Assembly (NCBI GenBank): GCA_973851085.1
Contig: OZ316776.1
Coordinates: forward strand, 3,596,001-3,660,000
From: Ptychomitrium polyphyllum
Lineage: Eukaryota
Direction of reading: 5' to 3'
DNA length: 64,000 bases
The notes beneath the pieces are model-generated. The model did no database searches. It was not told where the DNA came from and saw only the letters and a program-made list of their open reading frames with translations. Positions 51,104 through 62,520 of the stretch are shown here, one piece after another. The translations under genes and the position numbers were made by a program. Within the stretch, counting starts at the first letter, position 1, and every line of letters begins with the position of its first letter.

Positions 51104-53429
51104 TCACATGAAACAGTCGGTGAACTCAAACCAACGATCAGCTTCCAGGAAATCTAGATTACTATCATCCTTCAAAGTGGGGTCCAATCCAAGAGGATTA
51201 CAAAGCTCGTGCAAGAAGGGTCGACTTGGCTCTAGTAAACCAGTGGTTCCACCGCCAATACCAGTTAATGAACTGGTTAGCCGTGGTCGACTGGGTTGCG
51301 AGACAAGGCATCCAGAGCCCATCTGATTGCCAACTGATATACTGTATGATACTCCGAAAGCAGCAGGATCTCGAGATTCATCATGTGAGCGCTGCTTCGA
51401 CCCCATCCGGCATGCTGACAAGGATTCGCGTACAGGACTCACTTCAGCTGCATTGCCGTTGCTTGTAACGTCCATTTCTCCCTCATTCTCGGTAGGACTT
51501 GATTCCGAAGGGCACCCTGGACTCCTTGGCGACGTTGACGGCGTAGAAGCGCCATCGTTCGTGTTGCCATCTCGCATTGTGTTTGGATTCACAGAAAGCC
51601 GCCCGCAAATCTGTAACACAGCCAACTCTATATAATTACTACTCCGTCAAACCTAAAGCATTAATGCGTATTGCGTAAATCAAATGGTTGGGAAATGGTT
51701 CACGATGCAATTAAGAATGCAATTTACCATTTCGCAAGAGCTTGCGCATGTAGTTTGCTGGCTACCGGCACACGCGTCGAAAGCAGAAATCAGTTTCCTC
51801 GCCTTCTTGCTGCCCTCCAGCTCTTTGCTCATCCTGTCTACTTTCCTTACTAAACTCTTGTTCTGATCCTCGAATTTCCTTGCTAATTGAATGGCAGCAC
51901 TAAACTTCTTCTGCAACGTGGAGTTCTCTACGCGCAATTGTGCTGTCTGGAACATTACCACAATGTGCACGTAAGCTGTGATGATATAGGAACAATCGTA
52001 CCAACAATTTGATTGACAATAAAATGTGCATTAAACCATTCCAAGGTCAAAGTACACTTTGAACACAGTTTCGGAAACTTACAAGAACTTCTAACTGGTC
52101 GAGGCGCTCTTGTCGTCTATGGCGGGAACGTTGCGCTGATGCTCGATTTGACAACATTCTGCTTGCCAACTCAAACACTTTTTCAAACACAGCACCTTCC
52201 TAAAGTTCCATCTTTAGACAATGCTTACAATGCGGCCCATCCAGTGCAAAAGTTGTAGCTAATCCTTTTGTGTAAAACCATCACGAATTAAACGTACCTA
52301 AGCAACCAGAAAGTCCAGTCTCACCATTCATGGGTCGCATGATAAATGCTTACCTCCTTTTCCGTTTCACATCAAGGGGGTGTGTCTCCAGGTCATCGTC
52401 ATCGGTGCACATATCAACCGATAGCTCCAATGTGGAATCGAGCTGTGGGTCACAGCTGAATGAGCTTCGCATGGATTTCTCACTGCGCTGCTGCATGTCA
52501 CTGCTGTGACACGACTGCAAATCCACGGTCTGACTGGCCACACAACTTACGACTTCCCCTACAGAAGCGCCTCTCTGCGCAATGCTTGAGCTCGTCGAAT
52601 TGCCCAGACTCTGTCCACTCGGACACGGCGTCGGTCTAACATCCGACTGCATCATGCGCTCGATCCACGGAAACCTCGGCGTGTCCAACACCTAACGATC
52701 ATCCAGATAGCTATACACAAATGAACATCCCATTCCAAACCACGACTACGTCTATCACAAGAGCATAGTCTCATTTCGGATGGATTATGGACGACGTGTG
52801 CATACCCCAGCTTTACGGAGCGTACACGTTGTTGCAGAATCAGCTAAGATCACCTGAACTTTGTATTTCAATCTCTTTTAGGTTCATGACTGTCTTCACA
52901 GCTCAAGGACACAGTAGGCAACCAAGACAGGGGAATGTTCTCGGTTTCCGAAACTCTGACGCACCTGCTGGGATGGGTGTAGAGGTGATAGCCCATTGTC
53001 TGACCGGGAATAAAATTCCTGTTGAGCACTCACAAAAGAGTCCGACTCATGCGTGGGCGTGTAGCTCTCAAATCTCGTCGGCAGCTGTTGCAGCCTAGCT
53101 GGCCCCTGCAAATCTTGGTCAAACCGGGGAATATACTGCGGAATGGCATCCTGTCGGCTGAAAGCACCAGCTCGCTCCTGCTCGAGGAGCGACCCGTAAG
53201 GCATTTGCAAGTCATTGTTGGCTTCAAATGACGACGTCTGTCTCCCGTCTACTTGTGGGTGCCACGAAAGCCAGCCCGGCTGAGTAATCGAACGCCGAAG
53301 CTCGTGCGCAACGGCCGAAGCCAAATCGAGCGGGTGTGGAACCCCAGTTGCCAGTGTTTCTGGCGTTCGAGGCTGCGCCAGCGTCGAATGCACTTGCGTC
53401 GCCATGAATTGATCCAGCGGCCTGTCCAT
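51104..53429 (-). CDS. bZIP transcription factor, group-C-like, 5 coding exons (53429-52965, 52691-52354, 52158-52083, 51946-51728, 51610-51104)
   Basis: Basic region and zipper: HPLDVKRKRR|MLSNRASAQRSRHRRQERLDQLEVL|TAQLRVENSTLQKKF...EDQNKSL. There is a phase-2 intron in the basic region and a phase-0 intron after the first heptad. A splice acceptor (..TTGTGGCAG|G) sits just before ATG 53429. Confidence 0.9.
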
Positions 53430-53834
53430 CCTGCCACAAGATGCACCAAGAATCATTTATCAACGTCGAAGCAGGCACGATGAGAACATAATAGTGGCTC
53501 TAATTCAGTCTGCAAGCGACGCACAACGTCTGAGCTGCACCAGCACTCTGAAACCCTCGCTGAAATCGCTTCGACTCTCAACAAGTGTCGTACTCACTAT
53601 TTCCCTCCAACTGCAGGAGCCTGACATCACACTGAATCCGACACCAACCACTCTACCAGAGTTTCAGACTTTCACAATAGAATCCATCCGAGCGCACTAA
53701 CTACCGTGCCTCGCCGACCTCAACGTACTGTATGTAAATAAGTATGCCCCCCCGCAGAAAAGATTCCCTCTATCCATCGCCAAAGCGCAATACCACATGA
53801 GCAAGAACCGTCCTCTGCGTGCACCGCAGCGCAT

Positions 53835-53948
53835 TCAGAGATGCAAGTACAGAAAACCAACGCTCTTGCTGAAAATCCCATTGCAAATCCGTGGAGCTGC
53901 AGCGCTCGTGCACGAGGTGAACGCAACCACCAAGCGAACGCAGGACAT
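53835..53948 (-). promoter_or_regulatory. Upstream ORF (37 aa) in the bZIP 5' leader, similar to the SIRT/CPuORF peptide
   Basis: ATG 53948 to TGA 53835 encodes MSCVRLVVAFTSCTSAAAPRICNGIFSKSVGFLYLHL*. The ATG follows a strong predicted acceptor (TTTCTTGCGTACAG, AG at 53961-53960) by 11 nt. Confidence 0.6.
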
Positions 53949-55100
53949 GCGGTGAGGCGCTGTACGCAAGAAATCGAACGAACCTGAGTCTACTCTGCTA
54001 CCAAGATGATCTCCCAATGCCAGTACAAACCGTTCGTGTTAACCGATAGTTCAACGAGAGAAAACAACGACCTTACCAATCCGAATACACAGAAAGAGCA
54101 AGCAATGAGAAAGGCTCAAGGGGACAAAAAACGCATTGAGTGAGTGACGACATACCTCGGATGCCCTCCACCATAACTGAAGCTACTGCCCCTCTCCATC
54201 AGTGAACCGGAATGGTTTTGCTGTTGCTCCTCTCTCGCTCTCTGTCCCCCCACTCTCTCTCCGTCTCTATCTCTCCCTCGAAAGTTGATGGCTTGCTCCT
54301 GAGTCCACAACGTCGAAGATGAATGGCGCAGCTTGGCTGTAGACATGAGGAAACCGACAAGCTGCAACAATCGAGCATGCACCCAAAGGTTGTGCAAGTG
54401 GTGGTTGAAAGCAATGAAAGTAGCTAGCCGCAACAAGGTAACAGGGCCAGTGCTCACATCGATAAACTTTCCTCCTCTTCCATCGCTCGCCACAGTAGGC
54501 TATCTCTACGAGGTCGCCGTCCTCTTCCTCCTGGTCCATGCAATTACAACAAACGTCCGAATCAATCCCAAATTCAACGCGATTCGTTGATCCAGTGGCG
54601 CTGCAACTGCCGATGCGAATTACATCCCTTTTTCCAGAAAATAAAGCGACAAAAAAGCTCAGCCATAAGGAACTGCCTTTGAACTAGAGGCTGTGGAAAT
54701 TTGCTTGAATGCGGGAGGTGTCAGATCTGCTTCTTGTGGCCCTGTTTCCTACACGTCATGTGGGGCACGGCCATGGTGCCGCCGCAGGGGTACCGCGTTA
54801 GCTGCTGTTCAGGAATCCGGAACCTCGACCGCCGTACCGACTGGTCGACCACTCCAGCGCGGCTTTTCGTTGGGTTCGTGCCACTCAGGTGCGCGCACGT
54901 CAGCCCCTGGCAGGAATGAACGGCCGCGCGTGCGCGTGACCCAGAAGAAACTCGCAGCGGTGCGGAGATTCGGGCACACATCACCTGAGAGAGCTGTGGG
55001 GTGAGACTCGCTGTCCCGAACCACGTTGTTGTGGCGCCAAAGGAGACCACCTGGTGGCAAACCTCGAAACCCTGGCGCTTGCGTTGTTGCGCGCTCAGCT

Positions 55101-58100
55101 ATGGACGGTTCGGCTGTTGCCGCTCAGGTACGCGGTGATGTGATTGTGGTGGCGGTTCGTGGGAATCGTTCTTGGTTTCAGGAAGTAATGGGTTTCGTCT
55201 TGGTATCTTTTCGTTGGAAATCGTCTAGTGTAGGGGCGTGTTTCCGGGGGTTAGGGTAAGGCTGCAGTGTCGGCATTGGGAGGTCGGTTCAGCTACTATG
55301 ACCACGTTGTGTGTGGAGTGAGAGCACAACTGTCTAGGAGGAAGTGGAGGGGAGGGCGAGGTTTTGGAGGAACGAATTTTAGGGTTTTGCAGTCTGGGGT
55401 TTCCTCAGGGTATACTGTTGTGTGGAGTTGGGAGGGGGATGCTTTTCGTGGGGATGATGGGTTTGCGTGGAGGTTGTGAGGGCAGTAGTTTCCGGGTGAC
55501 TTTCTTTGTGCATTAGGAGTTGATGATTTTAGGGCAGGCGGTAACGCGCACTTCGAGGATGGGTTTGGTTTCCTCGAATTTTAGGATTTCTGGTGAATAT
55601 CGTTTCTTGCGGGAGACCTCTTGGAATTGTGAAGTGGTGCGTTACACAGAGAAGCATCTGCTGGCCGAGTTTGCTTGTGTGCACAGGGATCTACTTCTTG
55701 GATGTTGTACGGCTTTTTGAGCGTTACTTACACGGTGAAAGTAGCGATCGTCTCACACCTAATTCGATGGGTATTGTGGTTTCTACTCATTTTTTGCAGT
55801 CGCCTTGGCCGTACTAGGTCCGGATTTCACATGTTTTGCCCTGTGAGAGGGTAGCATTGGCCTTCTGTGGGGTTTTAGGATTCCAACAGATTCAAAGTTC
55901 GTTGTGTTGAGTGTTATGTAACAGGGTTAGGGTTATCAAGAGTGGTTCTTGCGTACATTGAGAATCGTGAGAGCCTTGTAGTTAACTCTTTTTCTTCAAC
56001 TCCTCAAGTGGTTATGATCGACATTGACTGCAAATTGGTATGCATCTCGTATAAAAACGTGATTAGCAACATTTGGATTCTTGGGAGCATCTTCTTGATA
56101 TGCTCCCCGGTGCTGGCTCCAATTAATTTATTTGGTATGTCTGTCTCGGAGTTCTTCCTGCAGCTTGTTTTTTCCAAGTATGAGAGTCGAATGCATGTAC
56201 CGATGTTGCTGCTGTGGATTTGAGAGCAGGATGCTCCCACCGATGTTTATAGAGACTTGGATAGCACCAAGTCTCAGGATGCAGTCATAACAGAAATAAG
56301 TGAGCAGTATGTGGAGGAGGCCAGTACCGCAGAGGTGGGTTACCGGCCTGCAGCGGCAGTGAAATCTGTGGAATACGCGTCAGCCGAGCCTGACAATGTG
56401 CAGATAGCTGTAGGAGGAATTGGAGATGTTCCTGCTTCTATGCATGGAGAATCTCATCTGGAAAGGTTCGGCAGCTTAGGTCAAAGAGACGGTTATGAAA
56501 GCAGGGAAGCATCAAATGGCACTGGTTTCTATGGTTTTGATGAGAAGGTAGAAGCAGGTACGAAACTACCAACATCGTCGATGGGACTGGTCTCTATGGT
56601 TCTGATTTTTGACAATTTTGCTTTCCTCTATTTATACCACTAGCTCGAATTTTTTCATGACTCTATTGTAAAGCATTTCTTTTGTTGACATTTCGTTTCT
56701 GTCGGCATTTATTTAATTTTATGCCTAGTTTACGATTAGACTTTGGGTGCTAGTAATGTATCGATTAGAGGGGCTACAGGAACCTTCTTGAAGTGGTAGG
56801 GTCTTGACTCTTGGCTACTTTTCCGACAACTGGCTGGAAAAATGGTCAGATGCTCACTTGCAGATGGCAAATTGGCCACATCGCATCTCGCTAGCATCCG
56901 GCTATTTTGCAATTAGTTCTTTTTAAGGTGGTTGGCCCCACGTTTTAGATAAAGTGCCTATTAATGGTACGTCCTGTGTCGGTTTATACACTGACATATT
57001 TCAATTCAAGAATGTGTTAGGATTTGAAATTGCGGAAATTGGGTTTGTGTGCATGGTCGCATACAAAGTGTTTTTACGAGTATATTTGTTCATGTCCTTG
57101 AGTGGTTGTATTGTAAACCAGGTCCATCGGCAGAAACCATCTACCGAAAGGAAGAGTTTGTGGAAGTGTCTGAATGTGGAGAGAAAAATGGCAACTCGGA
57201 CGCTCCTCAAGTGGAAATGGAATCTGATGAAGCTAGACCTATAGCAGAGCAGCTTCCTGCATTGTCTGGGAGTGTGGATGGTCCGAAACCGCCCTTGTCA
57301 GAGGAAGCCAAGGCTCTCTCTAAAAATGCTCAGAAGGTGCTTGCAAAGCAGGAAAGATTCAAGCAGGCAAAGCAACAAAGGAAAACACAGGAGAAAGAGC
57401 AGAGACATCAGGAAACAGAAAGGAAGCGCAGAGAGTGGCAGGAAAAGCTTGCTAATCTATCAGAAGAGGAGGTAAAGAAGGCACTGGAGGAGAAAATGGG
57501 GCTTAGAGCTGCACGCAAAGAAGAGCGCAAAGGACGTAAGGACAAGCTCGTATCAGCTCTGGCGGAAGGACAGAATGTTGTCATAGACCTTGAGTTCGGT
57601 GAAAAGATGAAACCTAACGAAATTTCGAGTTTGGTTCAACAGGTTCGCTCTTACCTACCTCATATTCATCCTATCTATCGCTGTTTGGATGAAGATAGGT
57701 CTAATTGAAGTATGCAAGTGTCGCGCCTCTGTTACCTACTTAGACTTTAAACTATATATTTATTGCAATATTCGGTTTTACACCATGTTGTTGGACGTGA
57801 TTCGACAACATGGTGTGAACACCATTATTGATAATAGTCGATATGAATCAAACATGGATCAGTATTCAATTATGGCAAATTTATGAAACCTGACTTAACT
57901 CTTTAATGCAGAGTAGTGCTATCTGCTCATTCTGTGGAGGTTCTGCAGGTGATGTACTCCTATGCTGCAAATGGGAAGGCAGAAGTACCATGTCGTCTGT
58001 CATTAACAGGTTGCAATGGTGATATTCGGAAACAGCTGGAAAAACATTCTGGGTTCAATAACTGGCTTCTGCACAAAGAGGATAAATCTTATATAGAAGT

Positions 58101-58899
58101 TTTTGAGAACAGGAAAGAGGATCTTGTGTACTTGACAGCTGATTCAGAAACTGTTTTAGAGACTCTAGACATGTCAAAGATCTACATTGTGGGAGGAATT
58201 GTGGATCGCAATCGGTGGAAAGGGATTACTGCAGAGAAAGCCATGCGTCAAGGTATTGCTACCGCAAAGCTCCCGATTGGCGAACACATGAAGATGCTCA
58301 GCTCTCAGGTGAGGAGCCCCATGTGGTACCTGCATTGCTAATTTCTTATTTTTGGTGTTTTATCTCTTGTATAGCTCCTTTGGCCCGAACAAGTTTACAG
58401 TGTAGATTTGAATTGGCATTCAAGTTGGTCATTCATACCCAGCCGTTTTCTTGAACGGAACCTCATCATCTTATGTGCCGTTTCCTTACGGTTCTCTCTT
58501 GGTCTCAGTTGCTTTACCTCGATGGTCGGAGATCACAGTGAAGGCCTATGATTCAACCTGTTCCGGTCATTGACAGTAGTTCCTCGTGTGCAGGTGTTGA
58601 CGGTGAATCAGGTGGTTGACATCTTACTGCAGTTTTTGGAGGTAGGAGATTGGGGCAAAGCCTTGTTCACGGTGATACCACCCCGAAAGAGAGGTGCTCC
58701 TGAGTCGCTAGAGAGTGCCTCAAAGCAAACCAAGTATGACTCGGACCAGATGTCATCACAGAGAGGAGATCCAGCGATGGATGCCATGTCTGAAGTGGGA
58801 GATGATCCCATGCCTATTGAGCTGGTCAGAGAAATGAGCAACGTTGAGTCACAATCGGCCAGTTTTTCACAGTCTTCTGTCCGCAGTGTCAAGAGTTAG
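55101..58899 (+). CDS. TRM10: tRNA (guanine-N1) methyltransferase Trm10 family (m1G9, SPOUT), about 5 exons
   Basis: LSKNAQK, VVIDLEFGEKMKPNEISSLVQQ|VMYSYAAN, LVYLTADSETVL...IYIVGGIVDRNRWKG, TAKLPIG, VLTVNQVVDIL...WGKALFTVIPPRK. The N-terminal exons (55101-55127, 56230-56557) join in frame but are less certain. Confidence 0.92.
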
Positions 58900-59176
58900 C
58901 ACTCGTATAGCGTTGGATTAGAGTGTAGATTTTTCTTAGACTTATTTTTTTCCTTTGCCTTTAGAAGTTAGTTTGTTTTTCTCCCTTGGGTCCATTGGAT
59001 GAAAATGCCTTGACACATGGTATGCTACTCAAGGGTCGGTTTACATGCCTGGTTGGCATCTATACTGAATTTCTAGAATTCCAGAACTACTGAGAGGACC
59101 AATTCAACATTGTACTTAAAGTTGCTTGTAATATTTTTTCTGTACAGAGTGTTGTGATGGTCATACAAGCAGTTAT

Positions 59177-59241
59177 GATATCGATATCGATATCGATATG
59201 GATATCAATATCAATATCAATATCAATATCAGTATCAATAT
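59177..59241. repeat. Hexamer repeat (GATATC/AATATC)n, about 11 units
   Basis: Read directly, downstream of TRM10. Confidence 0.9.
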
Positions 59242-60054
59242 TAATGAGAATGGGTCTCCAATGATGTATAATAGCATATCAAACACACATGATAGATGTT
59301 GTAGCTTTTAGAATAATCTTGAAAATTGTTTATTTTCAAAGTGTGATCCTTCTTTGTTTTATGCTTCTGTAAAATTATATAATAACTTGTGAGCTACAGC
59401 TTTCAAACATTGAGTTCTATGTTCTATTCATTCATTCTTATCATATGAATTTGAGTGAATTCATTGTACATGACTATCAAAGATTCAATTTAAAATCTAT
59501 TAATATTTATATAGTATTTAATCAATAACTGAATTCTACAATTAAATGTAAAATTTATTGTGCTTTACAAAAGCATCTTACAACTATTTAGCACACCAAA
59601 TTGTTCTTCTAAAAATATTTAGATGTTTATGTTTCTTAAATAATTTAAAATATAAGTTTATTGATTGATAAATTGAAGTTTAATTTCAAGTTGTGTTATC
59701 TAATTGAAGTTTAATAGACGACATTTTATTTCTTAAGATTGTGCTAATTATTGCTTTTGATTTATTATAATTTGTGCAAATTTAATGTTTTAAAATCAAA
59801 TAATTTCATTATATATACATAATGCATGTATGGAAAACTTAAGAAACATGTCTTTTAGTACATAGCTCAAAAAATAATAAAAATTTAATCTTTGGTGTTT
59901 ATGAGGCCAATAATAAAAGAATATATATTGAAGTTTATTACAATATTATAGAAGTTGTTTGATATTAATGTCATATTTTGATGCAGATGCAATTTCACCA
60001 AGATAAAAAATTATATATATAATTTCCTAGATTTTTCATGTAATTAAAAGATCT

Positions 60055-60363
60055 TTATTGGAATGCTTGAAACATAAAAAATGTTAGTCTTTGATTCCAT
60101 TTTCTAGGATGTTTTTTGTTGATTGTTATTACAATTAATTTATATTTGAAGCATGGGCAATATTCATCATGTTGTTGTATCCATTGATATAATTCATATA
60201 ATGAAATGTATTTTAATAATTTCCAAATCAAATCATTCCAATGTTTACAAACCAACTCAATTTGTGTTGACTTTTCAATAATTAGACATACAAACACATA
60301 CACAACAAGTTTAAAAGGTAGTGCATTTATGAATGAGTTTTGGACATCAATATTTGGAACCAT
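60055..60363 (-). pseudogene. AT-rich F-box-like ORF or remnant
   Basis: FINALPFKLVVYVFVCL...IELVCKHWNDLI fits the F-box consensus LP...(I/V)F..L......VCK.W..L. It is intronless, short and embedded in very AT-rich DNA. Confidence 0.45.
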
Positions 60364-62520
60364 AACCAAATTCTCAATTATAATCAAAATTATTTTAGTT
60401 ATAAATAAATATAAGTTTTATAAAAAGCCTTCACACTAAATAATACTATTATTAGATATTAGGAACAATTACAATGTGAATAGTCTCTTTTTCTGTAAAA
60501 ATGAAGTAAAAGGGCTAGAAGTGAAGTAAAACTTTAAAATCCGAATTCTCCATAGAACCATTACATCAGTATATACACAAAGAATTCTTTCCAAAGTTTA
60601 AAAATAACAATAATCTTTTGCATTCAAAAGATTTAAACTAGTAACTTTTACGCTCCCATAACTGAGCATCATGCTGCACAAACAGTAAAAGCTCATCAAA
60701 ATCGCAAAGTCAAAGAATAAAGTAGAACGAATTAGTTTAAAAAGTAAAAGTTTACCCATTATTAATTCATCTCAAATACTTCCGCCTTTCGCGAAATCTT
60801 CTCTGCAATCTTACATCCATACCCTTTACTTTCAAATATTATTATACCCGCTCGATACTGATGGGATACTTAGGTAGCACGTCGGTAGTCGTCGAAAGTT
60901 CTTCCACGCACGGTGCAGTGTAGAATCTCAGGCCACCTGGCGCACTGGTAGTAAATCTTAGTCGCGACCACTGACGTTATCCACGCACGCTGGAACAATC
61001 AAACGAAACCCGCCGCAACGAACGAACAACCCAATCCCCGTCAGCCGAGGCCGCCAGTCGGATAAGAACGTGGACGAACGTGGACGAACGAGGGGCAGAG
61101 CGCCAGGGAGTGGGGAGGGGCGAGGGCGTGACGGCGATGGTGGCAACAAAACGCAGCTGCAAAACGCATGGAGGGAGGCGTTGTCAGTTGATGATTCTAG
61201 TTACGTCGCCAGAGATTCGCGTGTCGAGCTGGGGAACTGCAAGTCGCCAAGGCGCTGCAGCGATCATGAAACGCCACCAGCCCCCTGTGGAGGTCCGTCT
61301 TTGTCGTGCGCACGCTGCTCGACGTGCATCTGAGAGGCTTTGCTTTGAATGATCATCTGGGGTCATGTTCTCATGGCGGCTAGGGGGAGGACGTTCTGCG
61401 ATCGCTCCTGCATGGGGTTTACCGAATCGCAGTGCACGGAGGGGCCGTGGGTGGCGTTTCTCGGATTGATTTTTTCAGTACTTTTTGGGTTTTGGGTTGA
61501 GTTGGAGTTTTTGGGTTTTTTCGTGTCGGTGGGGTGTGTTGGAGGATTGAATTGGGGCGTGGCTTTTTCCGTCTAATTGTGAGGATGTTGTAGATTTTTC
61601 CGTAAGGGTGGTTTGTAAGTTGGTTTGGAGTATGTCTGGTTGGTAGTGATTGAGTCTGTGTACACCCGGCTGTGTGCTTTTCTCTTCCCCTGTTGTAGGT
61701 TCATTCAATGACGAGGTTTTGCCTTGTGTTGGTGCTTGAGAGGACTTGGTTGTGAGTGGAAGGGTTGGAACTTGGTTGTTTTTTTCGAATTGAACATGGT
61801 GAAGTTCTTAAGAGTACATGCTAGTTCCTATTTTTTAACGCTAATTTCCGGAAGCAATTGTGCCGGTTAGAGAGCGCTCCGTAGTGAGTACCACGGCTGA
61901 TGTAATGATTTTAGCAATAATTGAAGGGCCTCGAGTTTGTATTTCGAATTCTTGTTGGGCTCCTAAGTTCGAGCTTCAAGCGATGATTTCTAGAACTAAA
62001 GGCCATCCAGGTGCACCTTCCGGCGTCTTGATCCGCGAGGGGTAGGTTTTCGCTGATCAGTGTTGGTAGATAAACCTTAAACCCTGTGTTTTGGTGGGTC
62101 AGTCATTACAGCGGAAGCATCTCTTTTTGCTTGCACATTGTTGGAAGTAGCATATTATCTTTCTTGTGTATCTGATTCCTCACAAGTAGTGTTATCGGTG
62201 CTGATATGTGGAATGTTGACAGTACTCGGCTTTTTAATGGGATTTAGGGTTCTGTGGAACGTCACGTATCAGATGTTGTACGTGATGAGGACAAGGAGTG
62301 AGTTTATTAGGCTCATTTCAAGTTCTCATTATTCATGGTATTATGATCTATAAATACCAAACTAAGATACTATATCGAGGAAGAGAGTATTGGTTACACT
62401 GTTTTAAGATTCTGCCTTGTAGGATATGGGAGCTTATTGAGCTTATTGTAGGACGGTTCTGCTTTGAGGATGACACCGATTTTTTATTCTCATTTTGTGT
62501 CCTGTGATGTGGATGAGCAG

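Noticed and set aside
53430..53456. bZIP start at ATG 53456
   Set aside because: It lies inside a predicted intron whose acceptor (53432-53431) directly precedes ATG 53429. It is possible only if that intron is retained.
54267..54539. 90-aa ATG ORF (MDQEEEDGDLVEIAYCG...) upstream of the bZIP
   Set aside because: No recognisable motif, and it probably lies upstream of the transcript start. I cannot support it as a gene or uORF.
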